Positions 51,865 to 63,001 of a stretch of 64,000 bases of DNA are shown here, one piece after another (the stretch's first letter is position 1; each line of letters opens with the position of its first letter). The stretch is from an uncultured Candidatus Saccharibacteria bacterium (GTDB lineage: Bacteria > Patescibacteriota > Saccharimonadia > Saccharimonadales > UBA10212). The notes below the pieces were generated by a model. The model had not been told where the DNA came from, made no database searches, and saw only the letters and a program-made list of their open reading frames with translations. The translations under genes were made by a program, and so were the position numbers. Location of the stretch: contig CAZMNA010000001.1 in NCBI GenBank assembly GCA_964567555.1, forward strand, positions 24,911-88,910, given 5' to 3'.

Positions 51865-53322
51865 CTACTTGGCGAACTCTATGGCGCGGGTTTCGCGGAT
51901 CACATTGACCTTTATAGTACCCGGGTATTGCATAGTGGATTCAATCTTGTTGGCAATATCGCGTGCTAGGCGGATGGCTTGCAAGTCATCTACGTTTTTT
52001 GGTCTTACAAACACGCGGACTTCGCGGCCGGCGCTGATTGCGTAAGCTTTTTCTATACCGTCAAAGCCAAGAGCCGTATTTTCCAGCTCTTTCATACGTT
52101 CGGCAAAACCTTCTGTGCTGACATTGCGTGCACCGGGACGGGCGCCAGAAATGGCATCCACCACGCGGACAATCAGACCCTCTACGGAAGTTACGTCTAC
52201 GTCATCATGGTGCTGTTCGGCAGCAGCGGCCACTTCTTCTGGCGCGCCATATTTTCGCAGCATCTCACCGCTAATATGATGGTGTTTGCCTTCCACTTTG
52301 TGAGAAAGCGCTTTGCCCATATCGTGCGTCAAGGCCGCGTACTTGGCTATTTTGACATCGGCGCCAAGTTCCTCTGAAAGCACACCGGCCAGCTGAGCCA
52401 TTTCAACGGAATGTTTGAGCACGTTTTGGCCGTAGCTAGTGCGGTATTTTAGCTCACCCAAAAGCTGCAAAATCTCTTTGGGGATACCAACTAGGCCAAC
52501 CTCGCGCGCGGCATCTTCCCCGGCCCGGACCACATCTTTTTGGACTTGTTGTCGGGCCTTTTCTACGACTTCTTCAATCCGGCCCGGGTGCACCCGGCCG
52601 TCTTTAAGCAACATCTCCATAGCCTGGCGGGCGATTTCGCGCCGCACCGGGTCAAAGGATGAAAGCACAATATAACCGGGCGTATCATCTACCAAAATGT
52701 CCACGCCGGTTGCCCTCTGCAGGGCTTGAATGTTACGGCCTTCTTTGCCGATGATACGGCCTTTCATTTCCTCGTCTTCCAATTTGACAGAGGCTACGGT
52801 ACGCTCGGCGGTAACTTCCGAAGCCATGCGCTCCATGGTGCTGGCTAAAATCATGGCCGATTTTTCCTCGGCGTTGTCTTTGGCCTCGTTCTGGAGTTTG
52901 TTTACGAGCTCAATCAAATCATGTTTGATATCGCGCTCGGTCATCTGCATCAACTTCTCGGTCGCATCTGCCTTGGATAGCTTAGCGATTTTCTCCAGCT
53001 TCTCTTGTTGCTTGGTGCGGATGTCACGGATCTCGTTTTTAAGATCTTCTACTTCAGCTTCGGACTTACGCAGGTTTTCGCTACGCTTATCAAGTTCATC
53101 CAGCTTCTTGTCTAAACTTTCCTCGCGGGTAAGCAAGCGAGCTTCAAGTTCTTTTAGTTCGTTTCTGCGTTTTTGTTCGTCTTTTCTTGCTTCTTCAATA
53201 CGCTTGGCCGCATCTTCTTCTGCTTTTCGGATAGTTTCGGCTGCTTCTTTTTTAGCCTGAGCCAGTTCTTTTTTAGCCTCGGCAACTGCAGCCTTACCGG
53301 TAAAAAGGTCCAGTAATGACAT
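51865..53322 (-). CDS. rny: ribonuclease Y
   Basis: Start at MSLLDLF behind AAAGGAGG. Coiled-coil region, KH motif GRIIGKEGRNI, HD domain LTHDMGK. Confidence 0.9.
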   Translation of the reverse strand: MSLLDLFTGKAAVAEAKKELAQAKKEAAETIRKAEEDAAKRIEEARKDEQKRRNELKELEARLLTREESLDKKLDELDKRSENLRKSEAEVEDLKNEIRDIRTKQQEKLEKIAKLSKADATEKLMQMTERDIKHDLIELVNKLQNEAKDNAEEKSAMILASTMERMASEVTAERTVASVKLEDEEMKGRIIGKEGRNIQALQRATGVDILVDDTPGYIVLSSFDPVRREIARQAMEMLLKDGRVHPGRIEEVVEKARQQVQKDVVRAGEDAAREVGLVGIPKEILQLLGELKYRTSYGQNVLKHSVEMAQLAGVLSEELGADVKIAKYAALTHDMGKALSHKVEGKHHHISGEMLRKYGAPEEVAAAAEQHHDDVDVTSVEGLIVRVVDAISGARPGARNVSTEGFAERMKELENTALGFDGIEKAYAISAGREVRVFVRPKNVDDLQAIRLARDIANKIESTMQYPGTIKVNVIRETRAIEFAK

Positions 53323-53504
53323 ATATTGTCCTCCTTTAAGGACACCGCTGCTAAAAAGATTACGCAACAATCACTATCACATCTTTAGTTGGTCAACTCT
53401 TAGCAGTAAGTATCAAAAAATTAATGAATCGTTATCGGATGTTTCCCCAAAATCCAGAAATATCCTATCCATTAATATAAGTCCGCTCCCAGTCTTTTGG
53501 CAAG

Positions 53505-53897
53505 CTATTTCTTTGGCTTGGTTATGTGTGGCGGCGAGCCGTACTCGGGTAGAGCGATTTTATCGTTCTGCCCAGCTGCCATTTTTTTGCAGCCAGTTTT
53601 AGCCCAGTCTTTGCCGTCGGCCGCCACAATTGGGATATTAAGCGCGTATGCCATAGTGTTGGCCACCGCAAAGCCTATACGCAGGCCGGTAAAGCTGCCC
53701 GGACCTTTGTAGATCACTAAGCCTTCCAGTTCTTCCATTTTTTTGCCGCTTTTATTCAGCAGTTCCTTGATTTTTAAATGAATAGTGTCAGACAGCTCGC
53801 GGTGGGCCTGCCATTTGATAGCGGATAGCTGTTGGCCGCTATCAATTAGCGACAGCTCAGCCTCTGGTTTATCTGTTCGTATCGTTAATGCTAACAA
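53505..53897 (-). CDS. tsaB: tRNA t6A biosynthesis protein TsaB (short form)
   Basis: YKGPGSFTGLRIGFAVANTMA motif. Only about 130 aa (N-terminal domain). Confidence 0.7.
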   Translation of the reverse strand: MLALTIRTDKPEAELSLIDSGQQLSAIKWQAHRELSDTIHLKIKELLNKSGKKMEELEGLVIYKGPGSFTGLRIGFAVANTMAYALNIPIVAADGKDWAKTGCKKMAAGQNDKIALPEYGSPPHITKPKK

Positions 53898-54165
53898 CTT
53901 CTACTCCTAGTAATTTTTTTATCGGTGGTTTGCCGGGGAATAATCTGCCCAGTTCACCATACGGCAGCGGAAGGTGAATACCCATCCTTTGCATGTAAAG
54001 CACATCTTCTGCTCTAAATGTACCGGCATAGTTTCTAATAATTACGGGGTAGCTGCTTGGGTAGCTGTCGGCGGCTCTGGCTTCCTCGATAAGTTCCGCG
54101 TAGCCTGCAAACATGTCCTTACGGTCTTTATCTGTTTCTACGTCCATCTGAAGCAGTTCGCTCAT
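53869..54165 (-). CDS. hypothetical protein between tsaE and tsaB
   Basis: 98-aa ORF overlapping the tsaB start by 29 nt. No motif recognised. Confidence 0.4.
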   Translation of the reverse strand: MSELLQMDVETDKDRKDMFAGYAELIEEARAADSYPSSYPVIIRNYAGTFRAEDVLYMQRMGIHLPLPYGELGRLFPGKPPIKKLLGVEVVSINDTNR

Positions 54166-54214
54166 ACGCCTCTACCCCATTAAAAACAAAGTATAGAACT
54201 AATGGGGCAATCTG

Positions 54215-54712
54215 TCACGGGCGGCTGGCCTGCCAAGCACTTTCAACCTGGCGCACTTTACCGCTAAAGCCTTCCGGATATTTGATTGTAATCTCGCGCT
54301 CGTCCGCAAAGTTGGCAGTTGGTTCAAATTTAATGCTCAGGCGATTCGCCGGCAAGACATCCTTAACAATGTCACTCCATTCAATAACGGTAACGGCTGA
54401 TTTGTCTTGGATAGATTCAGCCAACTCATCACGCATTATGCCGGCACCATCCAAACGGTAAAAGTCGTAGTGATAGATGCTGAGTTTAGGACTTCTGTAA
54501 ATTTTCTTGAGGGTAAAGGTTGGGCTGGCCACTGTGTCTCTGCTACCCAGTCCCTGCACCAAACCTTTAACAAAGGTTGTTTTGCCACCGCCCAAATCAC
54601 TCACCAGCTCAATTACTTCGCCGCCGGATAATTTACTTCCCAGCAGATTGCCGAGCCGCAAAGTATCTTCGGAGCCGGTAGATATGGTTTGCCAAATCAG
54701 CGCGGTATTCAT
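54215..54712 (-). CDS. tsaE: tRNA t6A biosynthesis ATPase TsaE
   Basis: P-loop LVSDLGGGKTTFVKGL, SPTFTL, YHYDFYRL motifs. Confidence 0.85.
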   Translation of the reverse strand: MNTALIWQTISTGSEDTLRLGNLLGSKLSGGEVIELVSDLGGGKTTFVKGLVQGLGSRDTVASPTFTLKKIYRSPKLSIYHYDFYRLDGAGIMRDELAESIQDKSAVTVIEWSDIVKDVLPANRLSIKFEPTANFADEREITIKYPEGFSGKVRQVESAWQASRP

Positions 54713-56009
54713 ATCCAGCGTATAGTAGCGCGGCAGCGGCTACGCCGGCAAGCGTCCAGGGGTGGATAGGTGCCGGCTGAGTGGAGGCACTGCTACTGCC
54801 GGCTCCAGATGAGCCAAGCCCGCCGGACCCGGTCGATAGCCCTGCCACTGTGGGCGTGGTATTTGTCTTTGATTTAGAGCTGCTGCTTGAACCAGCAATA
54901 ATATTGGCAGCACCAGGTGTTGGTTTGCTCGTCCAATACCATTTACCATTAGCAAGTGCCCAAGACTGACCATCCTTGGCTGAGCCATAACCATCGCTTT
55001 GGCTGATGATGCCGCCATTTGGATCAAGCAGCCACGCCTGACCGCCGGTATTGCTTAGTGTTAGATGCGTGTCGGACGAATAGTAAGCCGCGAATGTCTT
55101 TGCAGGGATGGCCGAGCCATCATCAAAAGTATAGTCATGCTTTGTGGTCAGACCAACTTCAATCGTAAAGCCGGACAAGTCAAAAGCTTGGTTATTTGAA
55201 TTATAAATCTCCACAAATTCATCGGTGCTATCGTTGCCGGTGCCGGTCGGGTTAGCTAAAAGCTCTGTAATTAGGGGCGGTGCAAGGCCGATATCGTCTG
55301 AGGGAATGCCGCTAGACTGGACACTAGCGGCCAGTATTTCTGCGGGCGGTTCCGGACCACCTGAGCCTAGCTGATTTAGGTTGCCGGTACTGGCTGAACT
55401 TGCGGCCACGTCAAGCTGGCAGCTGTCCGAGCTGTCTTGGTCAGCTTTTTGCCAAGCAAACGCCAGCGCCCCGCTTTGGTAGCGATAGTAAGCATTGTTG
55501 GGGTCAGACGTGCTGGAGGGTACGCTCTTGATGACACCAGAAGCAGAGCCAGAGCTCCAACTGACATTATCGCCAGCGGTTTGAACTAGGCTACCGCCGG
55601 ATATGCTTTGCTTAACTATTTCCAAATAGCCGCCAGAGTCGGTTAGGCTGATAGAAAGCTTGGCCACCACAGCCGCACCGCAAGTACTGCCACCACTAGC
55701 AGAAAGTAAGATTGTCTGCCCGCTGTTAATGGAGGCTGACGGTAACTGCTGGGTAGAACTGCCTACGCCGGTGGCAAGTGGATTAGTGTTATTAAAATCA
55801 TAAAGCCAGTAACTAGAAAGGTCGTTTATGGTAGCGCCGGTATTATTTTGGATAAGTATAAATTCGTTACCGGTGATTTTAACTTCCGCCAAGCTTAGCC
55901 CGGCCGGAGTAGCGATTGCCGGCGCCGCAGCCAAAGCATAGCCGCTAAAGCAAGTCCCCAAAACAATCAGGCAGGCCGCCACCCAAGAAAATATCCTTGG
56001 AAACTTCAT
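54633..56009 (-). CDS. secreted lamin-tail-domain (LTD) protein with C-terminal TM
   Basis: Two LTD-like units (LAEVKITGNEFILIQNN..; ITELLANPTGTGNDSTDEFVEIYNSNNQAFDLSGFTI). Signal peptide. The 3' end overlaps the annotated tsaE start by 80 nt. Confidence 0.7.
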   Translation of the reverse strand: MKFPRIFSWVAACLIVLGTCFSGYALAAAPAIATPAGLSLAEVKITGNEFILIQNNTGATINDLSSYWLYDFNNTNPLATGVGSSTQQLPSASINSGQTILLSASGGSTCGAAVVAKLSISLTDSGGYLEIVKQSISGGSLVQTAGDNVSWSSGSASGVIKSVPSSTSDPNNAYYRYQSGALAFAWQKADQDSSDSCQLDVAASSASTGNLNQLGSGGPEPPAEILAASVQSSGIPSDDIGLAPPLITELLANPTGTGNDSTDEFVEIYNSNNQAFDLSGFTIEVGLTTKHDYTFDDGSAIPAKTFAAYYSSDTHLTLSNTGGQAWLLDPNGGIISQSDGYGSAKDGQSWALANGKWYWTSKPTPGAANIIAGSSSSSKSKTNTTPTVAGLSTGSGGLGSSGAGSSSASTQPAPIHPWTLAGVAAAALLYAGYEYRADLANHIYRLRRYFAARQSAGK

Positions 56010-56087
56010 TTAGAAAAAATTTTAAGCAAGTGAACAACAAAGTGCAAGCAGTAGCACGATAAAACCTTAGCGACTATAATCAAGGGT

Positions 56088-56606
56088 ATGTTGAGGTTAA
56101 GCTCATCTTTGATGAATCAACCAGTCGTGTCCTTGCGGACTGGCGGTGGCATAGCCACGGCCGTCGAGCCTGTTATCAACCCTCATAACCTCAAAATTTT
56201 GGGCTGGTGGTGCAAAGAACGGTCCCGCAATGAGCCTGTCATACTACTGGTAGAGGACGTCCGCCAAATGACGCCGCAAGGTATTGCGATAGATGGCGAG
56301 CACGATTTAAGCGCACCGGCAGAACTGGTCCGCCATAAAGAAATTTTGGATATAAAGTTCCAGCTAATCGGCAAATCCGTCAAAACCAAACGCCGGAAAA
56401 TCGGCAAGGTCAATGACTTTTCTTATAACGATGGTATGTTCGTACAAAAGCTTTATGTGTCTACACCAATCGTTAAACTACTGGCCTCTACAGACACCCA
56501 CCTTATAGACCGCACCCAGATAATAGAGATAACCGACAATTATATTTTGGTGTCCGACACCGAAGTACCGGCCGGCGCCGAAGAGATGGTTACCGCCCCG
56601 GCATAG
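56088..56606 (+). CDS. PRC-barrel-like domain protein
   Basis: NQPVVSLRTGGGIATAVEPVINPHNLKILGWW and a second similar half. Tentative call. Confidence 0.4.
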   Translation: MLRLSSSLMNQPVVSLRTGGGIATAVEPVINPHNLKILGWWCKERSRNEPVILLVEDVRQMTPQGIAIDGEHDLSAPAELVRHKEILDIKFQLIGKSVKTKRRKIGKVNDFSYNDGMFVQKLYVSTPIVKLLASTDTHLIDRTQIIEITDNYILVSDTEVPAGAEEMVTAPA

Positions 56607-56696
56607 CGGCTCCGCCTTATGAGACAAAACCAAATGGTTTTTTCTCATCGCACCGACAAAAAGTGTGATTTTTGCTCGGGCTGCTCTTTTTCCTTT

Positions 56697-57290
56697 TTAC
56701 TTACTATCCAGCTCCTTTTTGATGAGATCGTAAGAAAAACCTTGGCTGATTAAATACCGCCTGAATTTAATTGAGTCTTGGTAGCGGCTCAGGGTCTTTT
56801 TTTTGGCAATTATCGCTCGCAGGCGCTCACTTTCATCACCAAATTCTAGCAAGGCCTGCTCTGCTAACTCACGGTTGATGCCTTTTTTAAATAGTTCAGC
56901 ACGGATTTGCCGGTTGCTCTTGCCCGCACCTGCCTTGAGTTCTACTAACCAACCTGCAAATTTTTCATCACTTAGGTAATTTTTACCTTTAAACTCATCT
57001 GCTAATCTCTCGGTTAAACTAGGGTCAGTTTTTTTGCGGCGCATATAATCGCTAAATTCACGGACGGAATGCGGCCGGTTGAGTACCCATTCTAGTGCCC
57101 GCGCACTGGTCTTACCGTCTTCAGATACCTGTTTAAATTTTTTGGCCTCTGCCGGACTCAGCTCATCGCCATTTTTAAGGCCGTACTTTACAAGCTCGCC
57201 CAATGAAAGCGAAAACTCGTACTTGTCGTCCAAAAAAACACTAACCCGCTCTTTATTTTTAACTTGCTGTTTTAGGGCAGTAATTTTCAC
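56697..57290 (-). CDS. recX: RecX family regulatory protein
   Basis: Helical-repeat pattern with conserved aromatic/acidic spacing (..YLSDEKFAGWLVE.., ..IRAELFKKGI.., ..RRYLISQGFSYDLI..) in the recA operon. A GTG start at 57290 gives a GTGA overlap with the upstream stop. The ORF-track ATG start at 57368 is also possible. Confidence 0.7.
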   Translation of the reverse strand: MKITALKQQVKNKERVSVFLDDKYEFSLSLGELVKYGLKNGDELSPAEAKKFKQVSEDGKTSARALEWVLNRPHSVREFSDYMRRKKTDPSLTERLADEFKGKNYLSDEKFAGWLVELKAGAGKSNRQIRAELFKKGINRELAEQALLEFGDESERLRAIIAKKKTLSRYQDSIKFRRYLISQGFSYDLIKKELDSK

Positions 57291-57736
57291 CGGCGAGTTA
57301 TTAGGTAGGTTAGTAAAAATGCTAGCCAGAAGGCTTCTACTACGCTGCCCTGGTGTGTTTCGCTCCATTGGATTTTGAGATGCCAGCGGGTAAAGGCACT
57401 CATCGGTTCTGCTAAAAGTTTTTTATAATCACGGCGCAAGTAGTAACGCCAACCCCAAACCGCATCCGGCACCGCGCACAAAAAAGCGCCCGCTAAAATT
57501 AGCCAGGTGGGTGCTATATTTCCCAGCCACAAGGCCATAAATATTGATAAGACGCCTGCTACAGCCACGTCAGAAAAGGCAAAATTGCGGGCGGCCTTAC
57601 TATGGTCTGGCCCAACGTCAAAATGCGGGATGGCATCCATAACAAAATGTGCCGCAAAAGCTAGCGGCAGGGCCCACGCCGAGCCAACCGCCACTACAAT
57701 GGCTACCCCGGTCAAGGCATGGTTGGTCGCCGTCAT
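57287..57736 (-). CDS. small integral membrane protein (YdjM/DUF457-like, tentative)
   Basis: HALTGVAIVVAV...HFVMDAIPHFD His-rich TM pattern. Lies between recA and recX. Confidence 0.45.
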   Translation of the reverse strand: MTATNHALTGVAIVVAVGSAWALPLAFAAHFVMDAIPHFDVGPDHSKAARNFAFSDVAVAGVLSIFMALWLGNIAPTWLILAGAFLCAVPDAVWGWRYYLRRDYKKLLAEPMSAFTRWHLKIQWSETHQGSVVEAFWLAFLLTYLITRR

Positions 57737-57743
57737 TTAAGGC

Positions 57744-58757
57744 TTACTCCTTAGAGGCAGCTATGATTTCTTTTGTAATTTTGTCTAAGACCTTGGGGTT
57801 TTCGCGTAAATACTTCTTGGCGGCTTCACGACCCTGAGCGATTTTTTCACCGCTGTATTCATACCAGGCGCCAGTCTTATCTACCACACCTTTGGCTACT
57901 GCCAAATCAATCACGTCGCCGGCTCTTGAAATACCCTCGTTATACATAATGTCAAATTCGGCCTCGCGGAATGGCGGTGCGATTTTGTTTTTAACCACTT
58001 TGACGCGCACGTGATTGCCTATAGCCTGGTCACCAGATTTTATTTGGGCAATACGGCGGATGTCCATCCTAACAGACGAGTAAAACTTCAAGGCATTACC
58101 GCCAGTGGTTGTCTCTGGGTTGCCAAACATGATGCCGATTTTCATCCTAAGCTGGTTTACAAAAACAACCGTACACTTGGTGCGAGAAATTATGCCAGTA
58201 AGCTTGCGTAAGGCCTGGCTCATCAGCCGGGCTTGTAGGCCCATGTGGGCGTCGCCCATGTCGCCCTCAATCTCGGCCTGCGGCACTAGTGCCGCCACAG
58301 AGTCTACAACAACGATATCGACAGCGTTGGAACGCACAAGCGTTTCTAAAATTTCTAAGGCTTGTTCGCCGCTGTCGGGTTGGGAAATAAGCAGGCTGTC
58401 AGTATCAACGCCCAGACGCTTGGCGTAGGCTGGATCGAGGGCGTGCTCGGCGTCAATGAATGCGGCTGTACCGCCGGCTTTTTGAACCTCCGCCACGGCG
58501 TGCAGACAAACAGTCGTTTTGCCGGAGCTTTCCGGGCCGTAGATTTCTACCACTCTTCCTTTTGGAATACCGCCGCCCAGTGCCAAGTCCAGGCTGATAG
58601 AACCGGTTGGGATAGTCTCTACATTTGTCGCGTGGGCCTCGCCCAGGCGCATGATAGAACCTTTACCAAATTGTTTTTCTATTGAATCAACTGCCAGCTT
58701 AAGAGCCTGGGGTTTGCCGCTTGCAGCCGGTGCAGCGGCCTTGGTTTTGTCTGCCAT
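57744..58757 (-). CDS. recA: recombinase A
   Basis: GPESSGKTT Walker [18 protein letters not shown], canonical RecA throughout. Confidence 0.97.
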   Translation of the reverse strand: MADKTKAAAPAASGKPQALKLAVDSIEKQFGKGSIMRLGEAHATNVETIPTGSISLDLALGGGIPKGRVVEIYGPESSGKTTVCLHAVAEVQKAGGTAAFIDAEHALDPAYAKRLGVDTDSLLISQPDSGEQALEILETLVRSNAVDIVVVDSVAALVPQAEIEGDMGDAHMGLQARLMSQALRKLTGIISRTKCTVVFVNQLRMKIGIMFGNPETTTGGNALKFYSSVRMDIRRIAQIKSGDQAIGNHVRVKVVKNKIAPPFREAEFDIMYNEGISRAGDVIDLAVAKGVVDKTGAWYEYSGEKIAQGREAAKKYLRENPKVLDKITKEIIAASKE

Positions 58758-58895
58758 TTTTTATAAACTCCTCATTCACCAGACAGTATATCAACAGATA
58801 CTCAAGCTTGAATAGCCCCGGAAAATGGCTGTGCTAGAATGGAGGTACAAGCTTCCTTGTTAAAAAACTTCGCAAAAATAGACGGGCAATAATTT

Positions 58896-59372
58896 ATGAA
58901 GCAAAAAAATAGGCTGGGGTTTTCTACGATTGAACTCCTGATTATTTTTGCGGTGGTCAGTTTGTTGGTTGCCTTTATTGCCACACATTACGCCTCGGTG
59001 CGGCAAAAATCACGGGACGACAGCCGCAGGACCAACATCTCTAATTTGCAGTTTGCCGCCGAGAGTTATTTTGCCCAAAGCGGCGACTACCCAACTTTGG
59101 CACAATTTAACAGTGCGCTCTTTCGGAATAAGAATATGCCCGCTCTGCCCAACGGTTCCTGGCAGGACCCTTCCTGGCCAACCAAAAAAAGTGAATGCAA
59201 GGTTGCCAGCGTGGCAGTTTTAGTTGATTTGGAGACCCCGGCGGTTGGTTGCTATGGTTACGTACCCACTCCAGCCGGCTGCGATAATAAAAAAACCATC
59301 TGTACCGGTTATGAGTTCTCCGCCCACTTAGAGGGTGGTGGTTATTACGTCAAAAATTCAAGCGGCGCTTGA
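58896..59372 (+). CDS. type IV pilin-like protein (prepilin N-terminal methylation motif)
   Basis: KNRLGFSTIELLIIFAVVSLLVAFIA is a G/FxxxE prepilin motif plus a hydrophobic helix. Confidence 0.75.
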   Translation: MKQKNRLGFSTIELLIIFAVVSLLVAFIATHYASVRQKSRDDSRRTNISNLQFAAESYFAQSGDYPTLAQFNSALFRNKNMPALPNGSWQDPSWPTKKSECKVASVAVLVDLETPAVGCYGYVPTPAGCDNKKTICTGYEFSAHLEGGGYYVKNSSGA

Positions 59373-60047
59373 GGAAACCGTCGCCGCAGGCCCTGGGTGC
59401 TCGCCATACTGCCTCACAAATTGCTGACGGGCCTCCAAAATCCTATTGGCATAATTGTCTGGGTCCGGACAGTAGGCAAAGACAAAGTTATCTACCTCGC
59501 CGGCAGTCTGTATAACTAATGTTCCGTAATTAAAGTAGGTTTGTAAAATGCCCTGTTGTGTAACATTGACGTCTTCCACGTTGCTCATAGACAGTCGGGA
59601 AATCTTGCGGTTGAACAATGCCTTTTGCAGAATTTGAACAACTGATTTGTCGGTTACAACCAAGCGGCATTGGTGGTACACGTAAACAGAAACCAGCAAT
59701 ATGATAACCAAAAAAGCCACCACAAAAACGGCACCAGCAGCTATGAGACCTTTGGTACTGCTGGATAGATTATTAAAGAAGCTATATATAGCAAGCAGTA
59801 CAATGGCTACGACCGCCGCAATGCCCGCGCCCATTTCGGCATAAATGCCGACTATGCCGATGGGGTGGCGGCGGACAATTGTAACTAATTTCTCGCCTGG
59901 CTCCAATAGTTTTTCATCGGACTTAGCAATAGCAAAAGCACCAATCTTATTTACCGTTGGCGGCTGAGCGGGCGCTTCATCTGCATGAACTACAGCCATT
60001 GCCCCAATGTTGAGCTGTTCTTTATCTCGCAAGTTTTGGTCTTCCAT
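59358..60047 (-). CDS. membrane protein with bacterial PH (bPH_2/YdbT-like) domain
   Basis: Start taken at MEDQNL just after the ruvB stop. VTIVRRHPIGIV, two TMs, then ..VVTDKSVVQILQKALFNRKISRLSMSNVEDV. Confidence 0.55.
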   Translation of the reverse strand: MEDQNLRDKEQLNIGAMAVVHADEAPAQPPTVNKIGAFAIAKSDEKLLEPGEKLVTIVRRHPIGIVGIYAEMGAGIAAVVAIVLLAIYSFFNNLSSSTKGLIAAGAVFVVAFLVIILLVSVYVYHQCRLVVTDKSVVQILQKALFNRKISRLSMSNVEDVNVTQQGILQTYFNYGTLVIQTAGEVDNFVFAYCPDPDNYANRILEARQQFVRQYGEHPGPAATVSSSAA

Positions 60048-60054
60048 ATAGCTT

Positions 60055-61092
60055 TTATAACAATGAAGGCTGGTTTTTACCAGCTCTGGTTTTAGGTGAT
60101 TTGCCCAGGTGGGTCCAGGCTCTAGGTGTAATCTTGCGGCCACGCGGTGTGCGCTCAAGCAGGCCGATTTGCATCAGGTATGGCTCATAAAAATCTTCAA
60201 CCGTACCGCGCTCCTCGGCCATGATGGCGGCTATCGTGTCCACGCCAACCGGGCCGCCATTGTGGTGATCAATTATGGCGCTAAGCAGCTGGCGGTCAGC
60301 CGGGTCTAGGCCAAGCTCGTCAATTTCTAACAGCTCCAAGGCTTTGAGCGCTACTTTTTCATCCACTATACCGTCGCCGTTCATGTCGACGTAATCTCGT
60401 ACACGGCGCAGCAAGCGGTTGGCAATGCGCGGTGTTAAACGCGAGCGGTGGGCCAATAAATCAGCTGCGGCCTTGTTCACTTTTACGTCCAAAATCTTGG
60501 CGGAGCGGTTGATAATTTGGCTGATTTCGGAAGGATCGTAAAATTCCAGCCGGTGGATTAGCCCAAAGCGGTCGCGCAGTGGTGCTGCCAGTGAGCCGGT
60601 GCGAGTGGTAGCGCCAATGATTGTGAATTTGGGCAAATCCAGGCGCAGGGATTTAGCGCTTGGGCCTTTGCCGAGCATGATGTCCAGCTTAAAATCTTCC
60701 ATGGCGCTATAAAGCACTTCTTCAATCACGCGGTGCAATCGGTGAATTTCGTCAATGAATAAAATATCGCCGTCTTGCAGATTGGTCAAAAGCGAGGCCA
60801 GATCACCCGCCCGCTCAACCGCGGGGCCAGAGGTTACGCGGATCTGGGCTCCCATTTCGTGGGCAATCACACCGGCCAGGGTTGTCTTGCCCAGTCCCGG
60901 CGGTCCATACAGCAAAATGTGGTCAATCGGCTCACCGCGCTTTTTGGCGGCGCCGATGGCTAACTTTAAGTTTTTTTTAATTCGCTGCTGGCCAATATAG
61001 TTAGTAAAATCATGCGGCCGCAGAGTTTGTTCTAATTCTTCCTCACGCTCTTCGTCCTTTGCTGAGGTATCCGCTATACGGTCAATCGCCAT
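60055..61092 (-). CDS. ruvB: Holliday junction branch migration helicase RuvB
   Basis: [30 protein letters not shown] motifs. Confidence 0.95.
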   Translation of the reverse strand: MAIDRIADTSAKDEEREEELEQTLRPHDFTNYIGQQRIKKNLKLAIGAAKKRGEPIDHILLYGPPGLGKTTLAGVIAHEMGAQIRVTSGPAVERAGDLASLLTNLQDGDILFIDEIHRLHRVIEEVLYSAMEDFKLDIMLGKGPSAKSLRLDLPKFTIIGATTRTGSLAAPLRDRFGLIHRLEFYDPSEISQIINRSAKILDVKVNKAAADLLAHRSRLTPRIANRLLRRVRDYVDMNGDGIVDEKVALKALELLEIDELGLDPADRQLLSAIIDHHNGGPVGVDTIAAIMAEERGTVEDFYEPYLMQIGLLERTPRGRKITPRAWTHLGKSPKTRAGKNQPSLL

Positions 61093-61119
61093 ATCAACAG
61101 TTTAACAATTAGCTAGGGC

Positions 61120-62976
61120 TTAATACAGAGCGGCGGCTTTGGGCATTTGGGAGCCCTTGAGGATTTTCAAAACTTGGTCAGCTTCAACGGTTTCTTTTTC
61201 AAGCAACGCCACTTTTAATTTTTCCAGTTTATCCATATTGGATTTGAGCACGGTCCGGGCACGCTGGCCGGCTTCTTTAATAAGGTTCTCTACCTCATCA
61301 TCAATGACCTTGGCCGTTTCATCGGAGTACTGCCGTTCGTGTACCAGTTTTTCTAGCATCATACCCTCATCCACATGGAAGACTTGGTCTCGCAAGACTT
61401 TGCCCATACCTTGATTAACAACCATGTCGCGGGCAAGTTCGGCCGCTTTTTGCAGATCACTACCGGCGCCAGTCGTAACACGGTCCACACCGTAAACCAG
61501 CTCTTCAGCCATTCGACCACCCAACATGCGGGCCAGTACATCTTTAAACTCAATTATGCTGTGGTAGGATTTATCTTCCGGGGGGATGAACCAAGTGACG
61601 CCGCCCGTGGCACCGCGCGGGATGATAGTGACTTTATGGACCATGTCGCTGTCGGGCAAAACGTGTCCCACCACGGCATGACCAGCCTCGTGGTAAGCTG
61701 TTAATTCTTTTTCTTTTTCGGTCATGACTTTAGACTTGCGCTCCGGGCCAATAGCCACCTTTTCAAAGGCCTGCACGACATCTTCGTTTTCAATCACTTT
61801 GCGGTTATGACGGGCGGCCAAAATTGCCGCCTCGTTGGCGATGTTAGCCAAATCCGCGCCGGAAGAGCCAGCCGTTTTGGCGGCCAACGAACCCAAATCC
61901 ACGTCTTTACTAACCGGTTTTTCTTTAAAGTGTGTTTCTAAAATCAGCTTACGGTCTCGGCGGTCAGGTAAATCTATATTAACGCGTCGGTCAAAGCGGC
62001 CGGGCCTAAGCAGCGCTGGGTCCAAAACATCTGCCCGGTTAGTCGCCGCCAGCACAATTACGTTTTGGCCCTGCTCAAAACCATCCATCTCTACCAAGAT
62101 CTGGTTAAGAGTCTGTTCGCGCTCATCATGTCCGCCACCCATGCCCGAGCCGCGGCGGCGTCCCACCGCATCAATTTCATCAATAAAGATAATACACGGA
62201 GCGTTCTTCTTGGCTTTGTTAAATAGATCCCTGACGCGGGATGCACCGACGCCAACAAACATCTCTACAAACTCTGAACCAGAGATAGAGAAAAACGGCG
62301 CATTGGCCTGCCCGGCCACAGCCCGGGCCAGCAGAGTTTTACCAGTTCCTGGCGGGCCGATTAAAAGAACGCCCTTGGGGATTTTAGCGCCAACACCTTC
62401 AAATTTTTTGGGGTACTTTAAAAACTCTACAACTTCTTCCAGGTCCTGCTTGGCTTCGTCATTACCGGCCACATCAGTAAATGTGACTTTGCCTTTCTCT
62501 GTGCCATAAAGACGGGCGCGGCTCTTACCAAAACTGAGAGCCTGATTACCTTGCCCCTGGGCGCTTCTAAACATCAATATTAAGATGAAAGCAATCACAA
62601 TTACCGGTAGCACACCCACTACCAGTTGGCCCCAAAAGCTATTGCCATTATTGTTTGGTTTATTAACTAACGTAACCTTGCCTTGTTTTAAGCCCTGTTC
62701 ATAAATACTGGAACCTGATTCCATAAAAGATTTTTCCGTCGGGCTGGTTTTGCCTTTAGGCGTTATATCTAGTTCATCACCCTTAACAACTATGCTGGAG
62801 GTTCTACCGTTATTAGCATCAGATATAGCCTGGGAGAACGGAACCTCTTTTAGGTTAGCCGGCTGTTTAAAGGCGGCATAGAAAATCAAGGCAAACAGTA
62901 GTATAAGCGCCACGAAGCCGGCATTTTTAAAACTGCTGCCTTTGTTCCCACCGAATTTGAACTGTTTCCTGTCCAT
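61120..62976 (-). CDS. ftsH: ATP-dependent zinc metalloprotease FtsH
   Basis: [30 protein letters not shown] motifs. N-terminal TMs. Confidence 0.95.
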   Translation of the reverse strand: MDRKQFKFGGNKGSSFKNAGFVALILLFALIFYAAFKQPANLKEVPFSQAISDANNGRTSSIVVKGDELDITPKGKTSPTEKSFMESGSSIYEQGLKQGKVTLVNKPNNNGNSFWGQLVVGVLPVIVIAFILILMFRSAQGQGNQALSFGKSRARLYGTEKGKVTFTDVAGNDEAKQDLEEVVEFLKYPKKFEGVGAKIPKGVLLIGPPGTGKTLLARAVAGQANAPFFSISGSEFVEMFVGVGASRVRDLFNKAKKNAPCIIFIDEIDAVGRRRGSGMGGGHDEREQTLNQILVEMDGFEQGQNVIVLAATNRADVLDPALLRPGRFDRRVNIDLPDRRDRKLILETHFKEKPVSKDVDLGSLAAKTAGSSGADLANIANEAAILAARHNRKVIENEDVVQAFEKVAIGPERKSKVMTEKEKELTAYHEAGHAVVGHVLPDSDMVHKVTIIPRGATGGVTWFIPPEDKSYHSIIEFKDVLARMLGGRMAEELVYGVDRVTTGAGSDLQKAAELARDMVVNQGMGKVLRDQVFHVDEGMMLEKLVHERQYSDETAKVIDDEVENLIKEAGQRARTVLKSNMDKLEKLKVALLEKETVEADQVLKILKGSQMPKAAALY

Positions 62977-63001
62977 ATCCTAGATAATTATACCAGTACC
63001 T